Assembly: GCA_043737455.1 (NCBI GenBank)
Contig: JAYTAR010000038.1
Coordinates: 1 to 35,353 of the forward strand
Reading direction: 5' to 3'
Length of the DNA: 35,353 bases
Source: Sphingomonadales bacterium
GTDB taxonomy: Bacteria; Pseudomonadota; Alphaproteobacteria; Sphingomonadales; Sphingomonadaceae
Each line of letters starts with the position of its first letter. Within the stretch, counting starts at the first letter, position 1. Shown here piece by piece: positions 1 through 8,504 of this stretch. The translations under genes were made by a program, and so were the position numbers. The notes below the pieces were generated by a model, which saw only the letters and a list, made by a program, of their open reading frames with translations, did no database searches and was not told the DNA's origin.

Positions 1-163
1 TCGCTCCAAAGGCATCAAACGCACGGATATGCCGCCTGATGAAGTCGGGTGTATCGAGCTTATGTTTGTCGATCAGCGTCGACATAAACCTCAGGAAGAC
101 ACGCTCCTCTTCCGGAAATGACGACAACTCGTCCAATTCGCTTTCAACATTACCTTCGATCAA
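1..163 (-). CDS. Hypothetical protein, N-terminal part only (runs off the left edge)
   Basis: Manual translation: AAGGA RBS-like motif, then TTG at 163 giving (M)IEGNVESELDELSSFPEEERVFLRFMSTLIDKHKLDTPDFIRRHIRAFDAFGA, open to base 1. An in-frame TAA lies at 175-173 just upstream. Confidence 0.45.
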   Translation of the reverse strand, partial: MIEGNVESELDELSSFPEEERVFLRFMSTLIDKHKLDTPDFIRRHIRAFDAFGA

Positions 164-404
164 TGTCAGTCCTTACCCCTCGTGGCAGCTCTGAAGCTTC
201 GCCAGATACTGCATTCCTCTCGGTAACCGCTCCGTGAACAACGGCATGGCCACCCAGCGCTTGCGTCCCAAAAGTTATCCGTTGGCCAAGGGCGCGACGT
301 GCGAGTCTACCGCTGACAGCGTTGTTAATATCGCGTGCAAAACGGGCTGCAAGACCCATTTTAAGCAAGTAGCGACGAAAACGATTGCGAAACGACGCAA
401 AGAT

Positions 405-611
405 TCACTCGCGATGCGATGGCGCTTCTGCAGCCTGCTCGCCGAGACGCGCCGTAATCTCCGTAAGATCAGATTTTGCGATGAGCCAGTTGCTATAACG
501 CGGCTGCCACTGGTCGATCGCGCTGCGCTGCCGCGGGGTGATGTCCCGCTTCAGCATCGCATCAAGCTCAGCCAGATCGTCTTCGTGCCGATCGGCATGC
601 TTCAAAATCAT
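405..611 (-). pseudogene. Short ORF, probable remnant of a NERD (nuclease-related domain) protein N-terminus
   Basis: AGGA RBS upstream. MILKHADRHEDDLAELDAMLKRDITPRQRSAID resembles the helical leader of NERD proteins as I recall it, but no NERD core follows and the ORF stops at 68 aa. Confidence 0.4.
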
Positions 612-637
612 TCGGGCGTTCCTATGTCAGTGTTCGA

Positions 638-1015
638 TCACCGATCTTGCGGCGATTGCAAGGTTGGCGGAGAGCCGAGCGGCGTCGGCCGACCGATCAT
701 CAACGCGAAACGCGATCGCACCCAGGATACCAGACTTGGGCGCCCGTCATTGCCAGAGGCGGAGCGCGCTCGATCGCGCTCTGCGAGCCACTGGTGGTAA
801 AGCTTCGTTCGATAGCCATCCTCGCGATCAGGAACGCCCGAGCTTAGCTCAGCCGGATCGCGATGGACGCGATAAGGAGAGCCGTCGGCAAAGCGAGGTC
901 CGGCATCGAGCCGCAACGGGATCTGAAAAGGCTTCCGCCGATTACCTTTGCGGGTTCTCGTCGGCCTCTGCGCACCGTCGATGGCCGCACTTGCAACATG
1001 TTGACGCGTCGGCAT
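638..1015 (-). CDS. Hypothetical protein (125 aa)
   Basis: ATG 4 nt after the transglycosylase stop, same strand. No recognisable domain. Confidence 0.4.
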   Translation of the reverse strand: MPTRQHVASAAIDGAQRPTRTRKGNRRKPFQIPLRLDAGPRFADGSPYRVHRDPAELSSGVPDREDGYRTKLYHQWLAERDRARSASGNDGRPSLVSWVRSRFALMIGRPTPLGSPPTLQSPQDR

Positions 1016-1029
1016 GTCGTCAATCCGAC
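990..1029. repeat. Phased 8-bp degenerate array (ATGTCGAC-like), 3 good plus 2 weak units
   Basis: cttgcaac|atgttgac|gcgtcggc|atgtcgtc|aatccgac. Confidence 0.6.
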
Positions 1030-1889
1030 CGGCTACGTGCGGGCATAAACACCAGCTGCGCCTGACGATAGGGCTGCGGCTGCGCAGTGGCGGTCACCGT
1101 CGGCGCAACGCCCGTCCAGTTCCCCATGATCGTCCGCACATAGCCCTCGGTTTCCGCAATGCGTGGAACGGCCCAGCGCTTCTGCACACGACCAGGCCCG
1201 GCATTATACGCAGCGAGAGCGAGATCATAGCGACCGAACCGACTGTACTGCTCTTTCAGATAACGAGCGCCGCCACGCAGATTGTCGGCCAAGGTATAGG
1301 CGTCGACGCCGAGCTGGCGCGCCGTACCCGGCATCAGCTGTGCAAGACCGATCGCGCCCTTGGGCGAACGCGCCACGTGCTGGTAGCGACTTTCCTGCAT
1401 GATCAACGCATCGAACAGCGCGACAGGCAAGCCCTGCTCGCACGCTGCTCTATGCACGAGCGGAAAGATCAGCCTGCGGCGCTCCTCAGCAGCGCGACCG
1501 AACCCCCAGCTCGGACGATAGGCGGGGACAACACATTCCAGCGGATTGGTCGGCATCGCCGCGAGCGCCGGTGCATATGGCTGCCGGGACAACGCATAAG
1601 TGACGAACGGATTGCCGAGTGCCGACGCCGAAGGTGTCACGGGCGCCGCCGCGAACGTCGACAGGTCGGCCAAGCCAGGGTCGCCGGCGCCCGTGAACTG
1701 CCGTGCCATCGCCATCGTTATCGCATCAAGCTCGGGCGGTGACAGCGACGCAGGCTCAGACACTGGCGGGGCCGTCGACCGCGAAAAGTCGAGCAACACG
1801 ACGGCGCGCTTTGGCTTTGCCAGCACTGGGCTCGAGAAGGTGGCGACGACCGCAAGCGCAGACCACACCGACAGCGTTTTGATCATCAT
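1020..1889 (-). CDS. Lytic transglycosylase (SLT domain), conjugation-associated
   Basis: Catalytic QES, AIGLAQLMPGTA, NLRGGARYL and ALAAYNAGPG motifs; signal peptide. Start moved to ATG 1889 because of the GGAGGGAG RBS. Confidence 0.93.
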   Translation of the reverse strand: MMIKTLSVWSALAVVATFSSPVLAKPKRAVVLLDFSRSTAPPVSEPASLSPPELDAITMAMARQFTGAGDPGLADLSTFAAAPVTPSASALGNPFVTYALSRQPYAPALAAMPTNPLECVVPAYRPSWGFGRAAEERRRLIFPLVHRAACEQGLPVALFDALIMQESRYQHVARSPKGAIGLAQLMPGTARQLGVDAYTLADNLRGGARYLKEQYSRFGRYDLALAAYNAGPGRVQKRWAVPRIAETEGYVRTIMGNWTGVAPTVTATAQPQPYRQAQLVFMPARSRSD

Positions 1890-1908
1890 GTCACTCCCTC
1901 CCGACAAC

Positions 1909-1940
1909 AACCCGACATGACGACGTGTAGACATGTCGCT
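1909..1940. repeat. Phased 8-bp degenerate array, 4 units, just upstream of the transglycosylase RBS
   Basis: aacccgac|atgacgac|gtgtagac|atgtcgct. Confidence 0.7.
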
Positions 1941-2574
1941 AACTCAACACCGGACCAACGGCGGCCGCGATCGACGATCGCGTTGGCCGTGCTCGCCCAG
2001 AAAGACGCACGGTGCGGTAGCCGCCCGCAGCGGTGATCTTGTCGCGCTCACGAGCCTTCGCCGAATTATGGCTACGGTCATCGAGCTCGACGAACGCACG
2101 AACGTCGCCGGTACGGCGGTCCTGCAGCGCGAAGTCGATGACCTTCTGGCCATAGCGGCGGTGCATCCACAGGCGCTGTCGGTCGGACAGCCCTTTGGCG
2201 GGCGCGATCAGCGCACTCATCGCCACCTGGGCGTGGACGCGGAGATGCGGGAACAGCGCTTCGAGATGATCGAGCGTCTCGGCCTCGACGCGGGTGAGGA
2301 GCGGTAGCGGATCGACCGCCTGCCCCATGCCGCCGCCCTGCTGCGCTTGTGCCATTTCCATCATCCCACGTAGATGCGGGGGCAGCGCATCAAGGCGCGA
2401 GTCTGTCTTGGCCTTCTCTTCGACGAGCGCCACGGTGCCGAGTGGCTTGTCGCAGATGGGAAGTTTCGAGGCCTCGTCGACGCCAGTGCCCCCTACGCCA
2501 AGCTTGTGGGCCTGAGCGGGGACGGCGGATGCCACTGCTAGACCGATAAGTGCCACATTGAAGAAAGCTTTCAT
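1939..2574 (-). CDS. Chimeric ORF: signal peptide and CsgG/HfaB-like N-terminus fused to a DUF2726 (PD-(D/E)xK-like) domain
   Basis: AAGGA RBS and ATG 2574. MKAFFNVALIGLAVASAVPAQA signal, LPICDKPLGTVALVEE...DPLPLL, then LLTRVE..RVHAQVAMSALI..KVIDFAL..VELDDRSH..ERDKI..GYRTVR, typical of DUF2726. Confidence 0.7.
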   Translation of the reverse strand: MKAFFNVALIGLAVASAVPAQAHKLGVGGTGVDEASKLPICDKPLGTVALVEEKAKTDSRLDALPPHLRGMMEMAQAQQGGGMGQAVDPLPLLTRVEAETLDHLEALFPHLRVHAQVAMSALIAPAKGLSDRQRLWMHRRYGQKVIDFALQDRRTGDVRAFVELDDRSHNSAKARERDKITAAGGYRTVRLSGRARPTRSSIAAAVGPVLS

Positions 2575-2634
2575 CCCCACGTTCCTTGTTTGACCTAAAT
2601 TATCGAAAATGGTATCTCTGCCGCGAGGTGTGAC

Positions 2635-2853
2635 ATGGACTATCGTTGGACGCCAAATCCGGACAACCCGAATAGCGCAGAATACGGAATAAAGGCGCGA
2701 CAAGATCACGAGAGTGTTACCAACACGGGAATATTCGACCATTCGAAGACCAACGCAAGCACTGGGTCTGACTTGCCAAAAAGCATCGTATGGGGCTTTT
2801 GTTTGGTCCTAACAGCCATCTTCTTGTTTGGACTTGGATTGATACAGCTGTAA
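2635..2853 (+). CDS. Small C-terminally membrane-anchored protein, candidate entry-exclusion protein
   Basis: GAGGTG RBS, ATG 2635, 72 aa, hydrophobic tail IVWGFCLVLTAIFLFGLGLIQL, AT-richer than its flanks. Its stop lies 1 nt from the convergent traG stop. Confidence 0.6.
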   Translation: MDYRWTPNPDNPNSAEYGIKARQDHESVTNTGIFDHSKTNASTGSDLPKSIVWGFCLVLTAIFLFGLGLIQL

Positions 2854-2854
2854 C

Positions 2855-5800
2855 TCATTTCCGCCGCCCTTTGGGCTCAGGATCATATTCAGTGTGGATG
2901 TGATCACTTTTAAGCACAACATCGTACGACGATGGCAGTGACGCATCGATGCGGCGGGCGAGTGCCGCAGCCTGACCACTTGTCATGTCGCGCGTACGAA
3001 TGTCGACCGCATGGCCGCTGGGATGCAGCGTACGAACGGTGCCGCCTTTTCCGTGGACACCATCGAGGGCGGAGGTAATCGTCGGAGGGCGAAGGCCGAG
3101 CGAGGCGGCGCTCGACGCGACGCTCTGGATGACCGGTGCCATTTCCGGTTTGAGCCCCGATAGTCGCACGCCAGGTTTGATACCGAGACCTTGCTGTTGG
3201 ACATAGGGTCGACCCTGAAAATTGGTCAAAGCTTCTCGGCCCATTACACCGTCGACGATCGGTCCGACCCCCGGCATCGAACTGTAAAGCGGTGCGTCAC
3301 GACCGCGCTGATTGTTGGCACGCAAGCCATCGCCCAGACCATGTGCAAGACGGCCATCGGCTCCCGCCTGACGCTCGCGGGCATCCATTCGCGCGCCCGA
3401 ACCGTCAAGTCGGTCGGCAACCCCCGTGGTGATCGTGGAATCGCGAAGATCGTCCCTGATGTCGATCTGAGGCGCGAGCGACCGAACCGCGCCCATATTA
3501 GCATCGCCAAACCCACGTACTTCGGCCGCCGAAGACACGTCGGGGCGCGGCACCGAGCCCATGCCGAGTGGCTCCGGAGATCCGAGCTCGGCACGCATTT
3601 CGTCCTTTATTGATTGGGTGAAGCGATGCTGCAGCATATTCAGCGCGCGCTCAGCCCGAGGCCCATATTCGCCACTCTTGACATCGCTCTCTCGCATCCA
3701 CGTCTCATAACCACTGTCGCGAATTGCGGGGTTGGTTGCCATCTCGCGCGTAACGAACGACTGAAAGGCCTGACTGAGATCAGTATTCGACGACACGCCC
3801 GAGCTGCCTATCTCGCTGAAATCGCGCGAATAGCGTTTGCCGGTCTCTTCGAGGCGAGACGCTTCAAGTGAGTTGCTCCGTGCATCGGTAAGGCTCGCGT
3901 CGCGGCGATCAGTCATGCCTTTCAGCTGCGAGTCCCCGCTCGTCGCCGCAGCTCGGAAGAAACTTTCGCGGGCGCTCGAGGCCTGCTCGCTCAGACCTTC
4001 GCTCTTGAGAAATTCGAGACCTTGATTGATGCGTTCAGATGCCGAAAGCGAAGAGGACTTATCGGTGAGTTGCTGAGCAGAAGTAGAAAGACTTCCACTA
4101 CCTGCCCCGTTGATACGAAGCTCGGGCGACGATGACTTGGCGTTCTCACCCCTCTTTCCACCCCATTGCTTGCTGAGCGAGATTCCGGCGCTGCCAATAA
4201 GCTCGGCACGCTCAATAGCGGAAACCGACCCCCGCTCTGCGTCCTCGCGCGACCAACCATAATCGTTCACAAGTTTATCGGAGATGCCGCGTTCTAGTCT
4301 CTGGACAGTGTTGATCGCATCCGTGACGCCAGTGCCCCTGGTGTATTCATTACCCTTCGCTTTCTGTACCGTGTCGAAGATTTGCGCGCCGGTTGTATTG
4401 GCAGCCGAGAGCGACTGACCCGAGGCCTCTCGGTAGTTCGTCGCCTTGCTCTGAAATTCGCTCGCGGTGGCACGAATTTCCGACATGTCGGACGCCGAGA
4501 AGCTCGGCTTGGTTTCGAAGCTCGATATCGCACCCGACTGATTGGTCACGAACGACCCGTCGGAGTTTAATGTGGTTACGGCGCCATTGGCCTCACGGAA
4601 AGCAAATGCAGGCCCCGCGCCCTTTGTAAACGTCGGCGCGGTATTCCACTGGTCGCGCGACTGTGTGTTGATCGTCGCGTTCGCAAGACTCGCATTGCCA
4701 TAGGCATAGTTCCCCGTCGTCGCCTCGGCCGCAGCCTGTTCGGCCGCATTTTGGCTCGGCCCGAGAAAGCTCGTCGCCTGACTGGCGATCGCCATCGCGC
4801 CACGCGCCATTCCGGCAGCAAGGAAGGGTATGGTCGCGATCATGTAACCGGCGAGCACCGCGGTCTCGTCATTGACCGCACCGATGCCGGCAAAGCTGCC
4901 GAGGGTGGACCCTCCCGGAGCTATGGCATTGGCAGCCGACATGCCGCGGCTCATCAGGATCATATGGAGGATGACGTAAAGCGGCCCCCAAGCTGCAAGG
5001 TAGAAGAACCCTACGGTGTAGCCCTTGAGCGTGCTGACGCCGGTGCGGGGGAACAGGAACAGCGGAAAGATGACCGGGAACATCGCGTAAAAGACGACGG
5101 TCAGGACGATATTGAGGATCGGCACCCATTTCATCGCGCCCTGCGCGATGGCCGAATATGTGTTGCGGGTCTGGATATCCGCCCTGGTCGCGGCAAAGCT
5201 GTCGATCGCCGATGCGCCAGTGCCTCCCGACATATCGTCACGCGCTTGCATGAAGGCGTTCATTGCAATGTTCTGGCGCATGATCTCGAGCGCACTCGAT
5301 GCGTTGCCGGTAAACGCAGCGTTGGTCGCGGGCAGATCGGCGACGAGCTTGGCTTCGGCGGCCGCGTTGCTCAGCCCAGGGTAGAGCGACTTCGCCCAGA
5401 TCGGCCGAAACCCGGTGAGGAACGCGTTCCACTGCGGCGTGAGGTTCGCATAAGCGTCCTCGCAGGTGATGATCGTGGTGGAAGTCGTCGAGCCGGGCCC
5501 GCTGCCGGTGCGCACGATGAAGTTCTGTGCGCGCGCGGCGCTACCGGGTCCGATGTCGGACCAGAGATCGGTCGACTTCGCGAGCGTGTCCATCGACTTG
5601 AAGCCAAGCATCACGTCGTAGAAAACGCAGCGCTTCATATGCTCGTTGATGTTCGCGCCAAATTCGGGATCGGTGATCCGTATCTGCCGCGTCGCTTCCA
5701 TGAGCTTCGAGCCGTAAAGCATCCCGTTGCTCGAATATTTGAGCTGTGCGGGCATGACGAACACCGTCTCGGCTTCGCGGGTAAGATAGTCGCCGATCTG

Positions 5801-6124
5801 GCTGGTGAAGCTCGCGATGACGCCGAGGCCCAGCGGGACATTCGCGACGACGGCGGGTGCCAAACTCGGGTTGATGCGGTCGGTGACCTTGATGGTCACG
5901 GTCGGCACCATCAGGCAGAGATAGATGAGCGTCGACTGGAGGAACCAGTTCATCCACGCGCGCCAGTCCTGATTGAACGCGACGATGAGCAGGACATAGA
6001 TCAGCGCCATCACCATGACGACTTTGATCATCGAGGCATAGCCGCCGCTGCCGGTCCATGCAGCGACCGCATTGAACACGTTGACGATGTACTCGCCGCC
6101 ACCGATCGTGAACACCTCGAGCAT
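2855..6124 (-). CDS. traG: Conjugal transfer mating-pair stabilisation protein TraG with a C-terminal M15-like zinc peptidase domain
   Basis: MLEVFTIGGGEYIVNVFNAVAAW start, multi-TM TraG_N, VDNVP-like VANVPLGLG, LAAWGPLYVILH; position after traH; GGGGAGGG RBS. The C-terminus has HPSGHAVD and HIH. Confidence 0.95.
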   Translation of the reverse strand: MLEVFTIGGGEYIVNVFNAVAAWTGSGGYASMIKVVMVMALIYVLLIVAFNQDWRAWMNWFLQSTLIYLCLMVPTVTIKVTDRINPSLAPAVVANVPLGLGVIASFTSQIGDYLTREAETVFVMPAQLKYSSNGMLYGSKLMEATRQIRITDPEFGANINEHMKRCVFYDVMLGFKSMDTLAKSTDLWSDIGPGSAARAQNFIVRTGSGPGSTTSTTIITCEDAYANLTPQWNAFLTGFRPIWAKSLYPGLSNAAAEAKLVADLPATNAAFTGNASSALEIMRQNIAMNAFMQARDDMSGGTGASAIDSFAATRADIQTRNTYSAIAQGAMKWVPILNIVLTVVFYAMFPVIFPLFLFPRTGVSTLKGYTVGFFYLAAWGPLYVILHMILMSRGMSAANAIAPGGSTLGSFAGIGAVNDETAVLAGYMIATIPFLAAGMARGAMAIASQATSFLGPSQNAAEQAAAEATTGNYAYGNASLANATINTQSRDQWNTAPTFTKGAGPAFAFREANGAVTTLNSDGSFVTNQSGAISSFETKPSFSASDMSEIRATASEFQSKATNYREASGQSLSAANTTGAQIFDTVQKAKGNEYTRGTGVTDAINTVQRLERGISDKLVNDYGWSREDAERGSVSAIERAELIGSAGISLSKQWGGKRGENAKSSSPELRINGAGSGSLSTSAQQLTDKSSSLSASERINQGLEFLKSEGLSEQASSARESFFRAAATSGDSQLKGMTDRRDASLTDARSNSLEASRLEETGKRYSRDFSEIGSSGVSSNTDLSQAFQSFVTREMATNPAIRDSGYETWMRESDVKSGEYGPRAERALNMLQHRFTQSIKDEMRAELGSPEPLGMGSVPRPDVSSAAEVRGFGDANMGAVRSLAPQIDIRDDLRDSTITTGVADRLDGSGARMDARERQAGADGRLAHGLGDGLRANNQRGRDAPLYSSMPGVGPIVDGVMGREALTNFQGRPYVQQQGLGIKPGVRLSGLKPEMAPVIQSVASSAASLGLRPPTITSALDGVHGKGGTVRTLHPSGHAVDIRTRDMTSGQAAALARRIDASLPSSYDVVLKSDHIHTEYDPEPKGRRK

Positions 6125-6156
6125 TGCTCTACCCCTCCCCTACCGCTGCCGCTGGA

Positions 6157-7650
6157 TCACTGGAGACCTCCCGGGTTCATGCCGCGCGAGAAATTGAGCG
6201 CGGCCGACATCCCCGGAGTCATCGAATTCTGGAGCGTTGATTCGAGCGCGACGGTGCGGTCGATGACGCGCATCGTCGTCTCGACGCGCGCCGAGATGCG
6301 CACCTCGCGCTGCGCAAAACGCGTCCGCACCGAGCGCACCTGGTCGAGCCAGCTGTTGGCGGAATCGGCATCGGCCTGAACGAGCCCAACCTTGGCCTTT
6401 TCGAAATCGCCGAGCACCTTGTTGAGGATGGCCTGAACGATATCGATCGCAGTGATCTCGGCGAGTGTCGCAAGCTCGCCCTGCGCGAGGTTGGCGCGGG
6501 TTGCTGCCTGCACGGCAATGATCTTGTACAGCGGCAGCGACGCCATGTTGAGCAATGTCACGTCACCCGGCGTGATCGCAGAGTCGGTCTTGATCGCATC
6601 GACCATGCGCAGAAGGGCTGCCATCACGCGCGGCCGCATCGCCTGCGCAGCCGAGATCGACAGGGTCTGATCGCCGACGTCGAAGCACGCAGCGTCGAGG
6701 CACTTCAAAATCTTGACCGGCTTGCCGACCGACCCGTCTATCAGCGCTTCGATGATCGAGTCGTCGCCGGGTCCGAAGCGCTTGATGACGGTGCCCTTGG
6801 TGGGGTCGGTCGACGGCACCGTGGTAACGGTGCCGATCACCGTCATGAGCAGCTCCTTGAACTGCTGGTCATAGCCGGCGAATTCGGGGCTCTTGTCGAG
6901 AATGTCCCAGGTGAAGTTGTGCTTCTCGCCGACAAGTTGGCTTGCCATGTCGGGGTTGGTGTTCTTGGCGATCGTCTTGTCGCGCTCGCCGCCATTATTG
7001 CAGCCCTGGCGCGTTGCAGCCCAGTCGGAGAACAGCCCCTGGCTGTTGCCGACTGCCTTACAGATTGAATCGCGCGTCGAGTCCATCTTGGGCCAGAGCC
7101 CGCCGACGAGTCCTTGCGCGGTCTCGCAGCTCGAGATGTTCATCTGGTTGATCTGCTGCATCTTCTGGCTCATGTCCTTGATGACGCCAGAAATTTGCGG
7201 GCTGATCGCATCGATCGCGAGCTGGAAGGCAAAGCCGATCGCGTTGTTCGCGGTGGCTTTCAGCATCGCGACAAGTTCGGCGGTGTTTATGAAGGAAAAG
7301 CTGCCCGCGAATAGGTCGATGCCGCCACAGCCGGCGCGCGCGTGCGGCAGTTGAAGATTGAACGGCGTGACAGACTTCTGCGGGAACCGCGTCCAGATAT
7401 TGCCGCCCGAATAATAGCCCGCCGACTGGCCCTGGAACGCGGTCGGGCCCGTCGCATTCGCGCGAATACCCGCATCATCGAAAAAGGTCTGCATCTCGTC
7501 GCCGACGCCGGCGGACGCGGGCGTGAGCACGGCAGCATTGACCGCCGCGAGGAGCCCGAGCGAAGCACCGCCCTTGAGCAGCGCGCGGCGTAGACGTGTC
7601 GACACGCCGACATGTCGCGGTGTCGTGTCGTCGAGGCGATCAAGTGCCAT
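6157..7650 (-). CDS. traH: Conjugal transfer pilus assembly protein TraH
   Basis: QSAGYYSGG, AGCGGIDLFAGSFSFIN and NISSCETAQGLV motifs; TGATG overlap with traF. Confidence 0.96.
   Translation of the reverse strand: MALDRLDDTTPRHVGVSTRLRRALLKGGASLGLLAAVNAAVLTPASAGVGDEMQTFFDDAGIRANATGPTAFQGQSAGYYSGGNIWTRFPQKSVTPFNLQLPHARAGCGGIDLFAGSFSFINTAELVAMLKATANNAIGFAFQLAIDAISPQISGVIKDMSQKMQQINQMNISSCETAQGLVGGLWPKMDSTRDSICKAVGNSQGLFSDWAATRQGCNNGGERDKTIAKNTNPDMASQLVGEKHNFTWDILDKSPEFAGYDQQFKELLMTVIGTVTTVPSTDPTKGTVIKRFGPGDDSIIEALIDGSVGKPVKILKCLDAACFDVGDQTLSISAAQAMRPRVMAALLRMVDAIKTDSAITPGDVTLLNMASLPLYKIIAVQAATRANLAQGELATLAEITAIDIVQAILNKVLGDFEKAKVGLVQADADSANSWLDQVRSVRTRFAQREVRISARVETTMRVIDRTVALESTLQNSMTPGMSAALNFSRGMNPGGLQ
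7588..7635. repeat. Phased 8-bp degenerate array, 6 units, inside the traH 5' end
   Basis: gcgtagac|gtgtcgac|acgccgac|atgtcgcg|gtgtcgtg|tcgtcgag. Confidence 0.8.
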
Positions 7651-8504
7651 CAGAAATCACTCCCCGGCTTGGTGTTGGTAAGGACGAAGATGCGGTCGAC
7701 GATCTCGTCGGCGGCCATCAGCCCGGTGCCGATCGGGATCGGGCGCTTGGTAACGGTGTCAAAAAGGACGAGTGCCGGCGTCGCTTTGCCAGGTAATCCC
7801 ATGCGCTCGCGCTGGCCGCTATCGACGACATAGTTAGGGAACACGCGGTTCGGACCGCCATCCATCGACACCGCGACGATCGACATGCGGTTGCTGTCCG
7901 CAACCGACTTCAAGATCGGCGACTGGATCTCGCACGCGCTGCAGCTCTGCGCGTAGAAGTAGAAGATGCCATAGCGCTGCGAGAGCTGGGCCATGGCGGC
8001 GCTTCGCGCCGCAGAGCGGTTGTCGAGCCATGCGCGCTTGCCAACGGTGGAGACAGGGCGCTGCAGCGTGTAGTCGAGCTCGGGCGTCTGCCAGAGCGCA
8101 CGCTGCCAGACATCGGCGAAGGTCGACGAACGGTCGAGCTGCTCGCGCTGGTAACGCACATAGGCGATGACGTTGGCTTCGGTCGGCTCGAGGATCGCGC
8201 GCGCTTTCAGCTCGTCGAGCTGCTTGCCGATCGCTTTCAATTGCGCATCAGCCGACTGCGCGGGTGCCGCAGGCTTGGCCGGGTCGCGCGGCTTCGCCTT
8301 GGGCTTGTCGCAATAGAACCAGGTGCCGAGCTTGCGGCGGCAGTAGAGGTCGCCCCCCTGCCCCTCGTCGCCATCGATGCTGCGCTCGACGGCAGGCGCC
8401 GACGCCATGGTTGCGAGGTCGGTGTCTTGTGCGAACGCCGCGAACGGCGTGACGACGGCGATCGCCATCGCCAGCAGGATGAGGCCGGTCCGCTCAAATA
8501 GCAT
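7650..8504 (-). CDS. traF: F-type conjugal transfer protein TraF (thioredoxin-like fold)
   Basis: GTWFYCD, ARAILEPTEANV, YGIFYFYAQSCSAC, VSMDG and TPAL motifs; directly upstream of traH. Confidence 0.94.
   Translation of the reverse strand: MLFERTGLILLAMAIAVVTPFAAFAQDTDLATMASAPAVERSIDGDEGQGGDLYCRRKLGTWFYCDKPKAKPRDPAKPAAPAQSADAQLKAIGKQLDELKARAILEPTEANVIAYVRYQREQLDRSSTFADVWQRALWQTPELDYTLQRPVSTVGKRAWLDNRSAARSAAMAQLSQRYGIFYFYAQSCSACEIQSPILKSVADSNRMSIVAVSMDGGPNRVFPNYVVDSGQRERMGLPGKATPALVLFDTVTKRPIPIGTGLMAADEIVDRIFVLTNTKPGSDF

Noticed and set aside
176-404. Coding potential in the 150-368 and 234-800 ORFs
   Set aside because: No RBS or domain support; the region looks like a non-coding spacer or decayed sequence.
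4478-4492. Isolated cgacatgtcg and similar 2-unit matches (e.g. near 3535, 18760, 21595) as further octamer arrays
   Set aside because: Only about two phased units, which is expected by chance in GTCG/CGAC-rich sequence.
4751-6379. 542-aa plus-strand ORF
   Set aside because: Antisense shadow of traG/traH caused by GC-rich codon bias; Arg/His-rich with no domain motifs.
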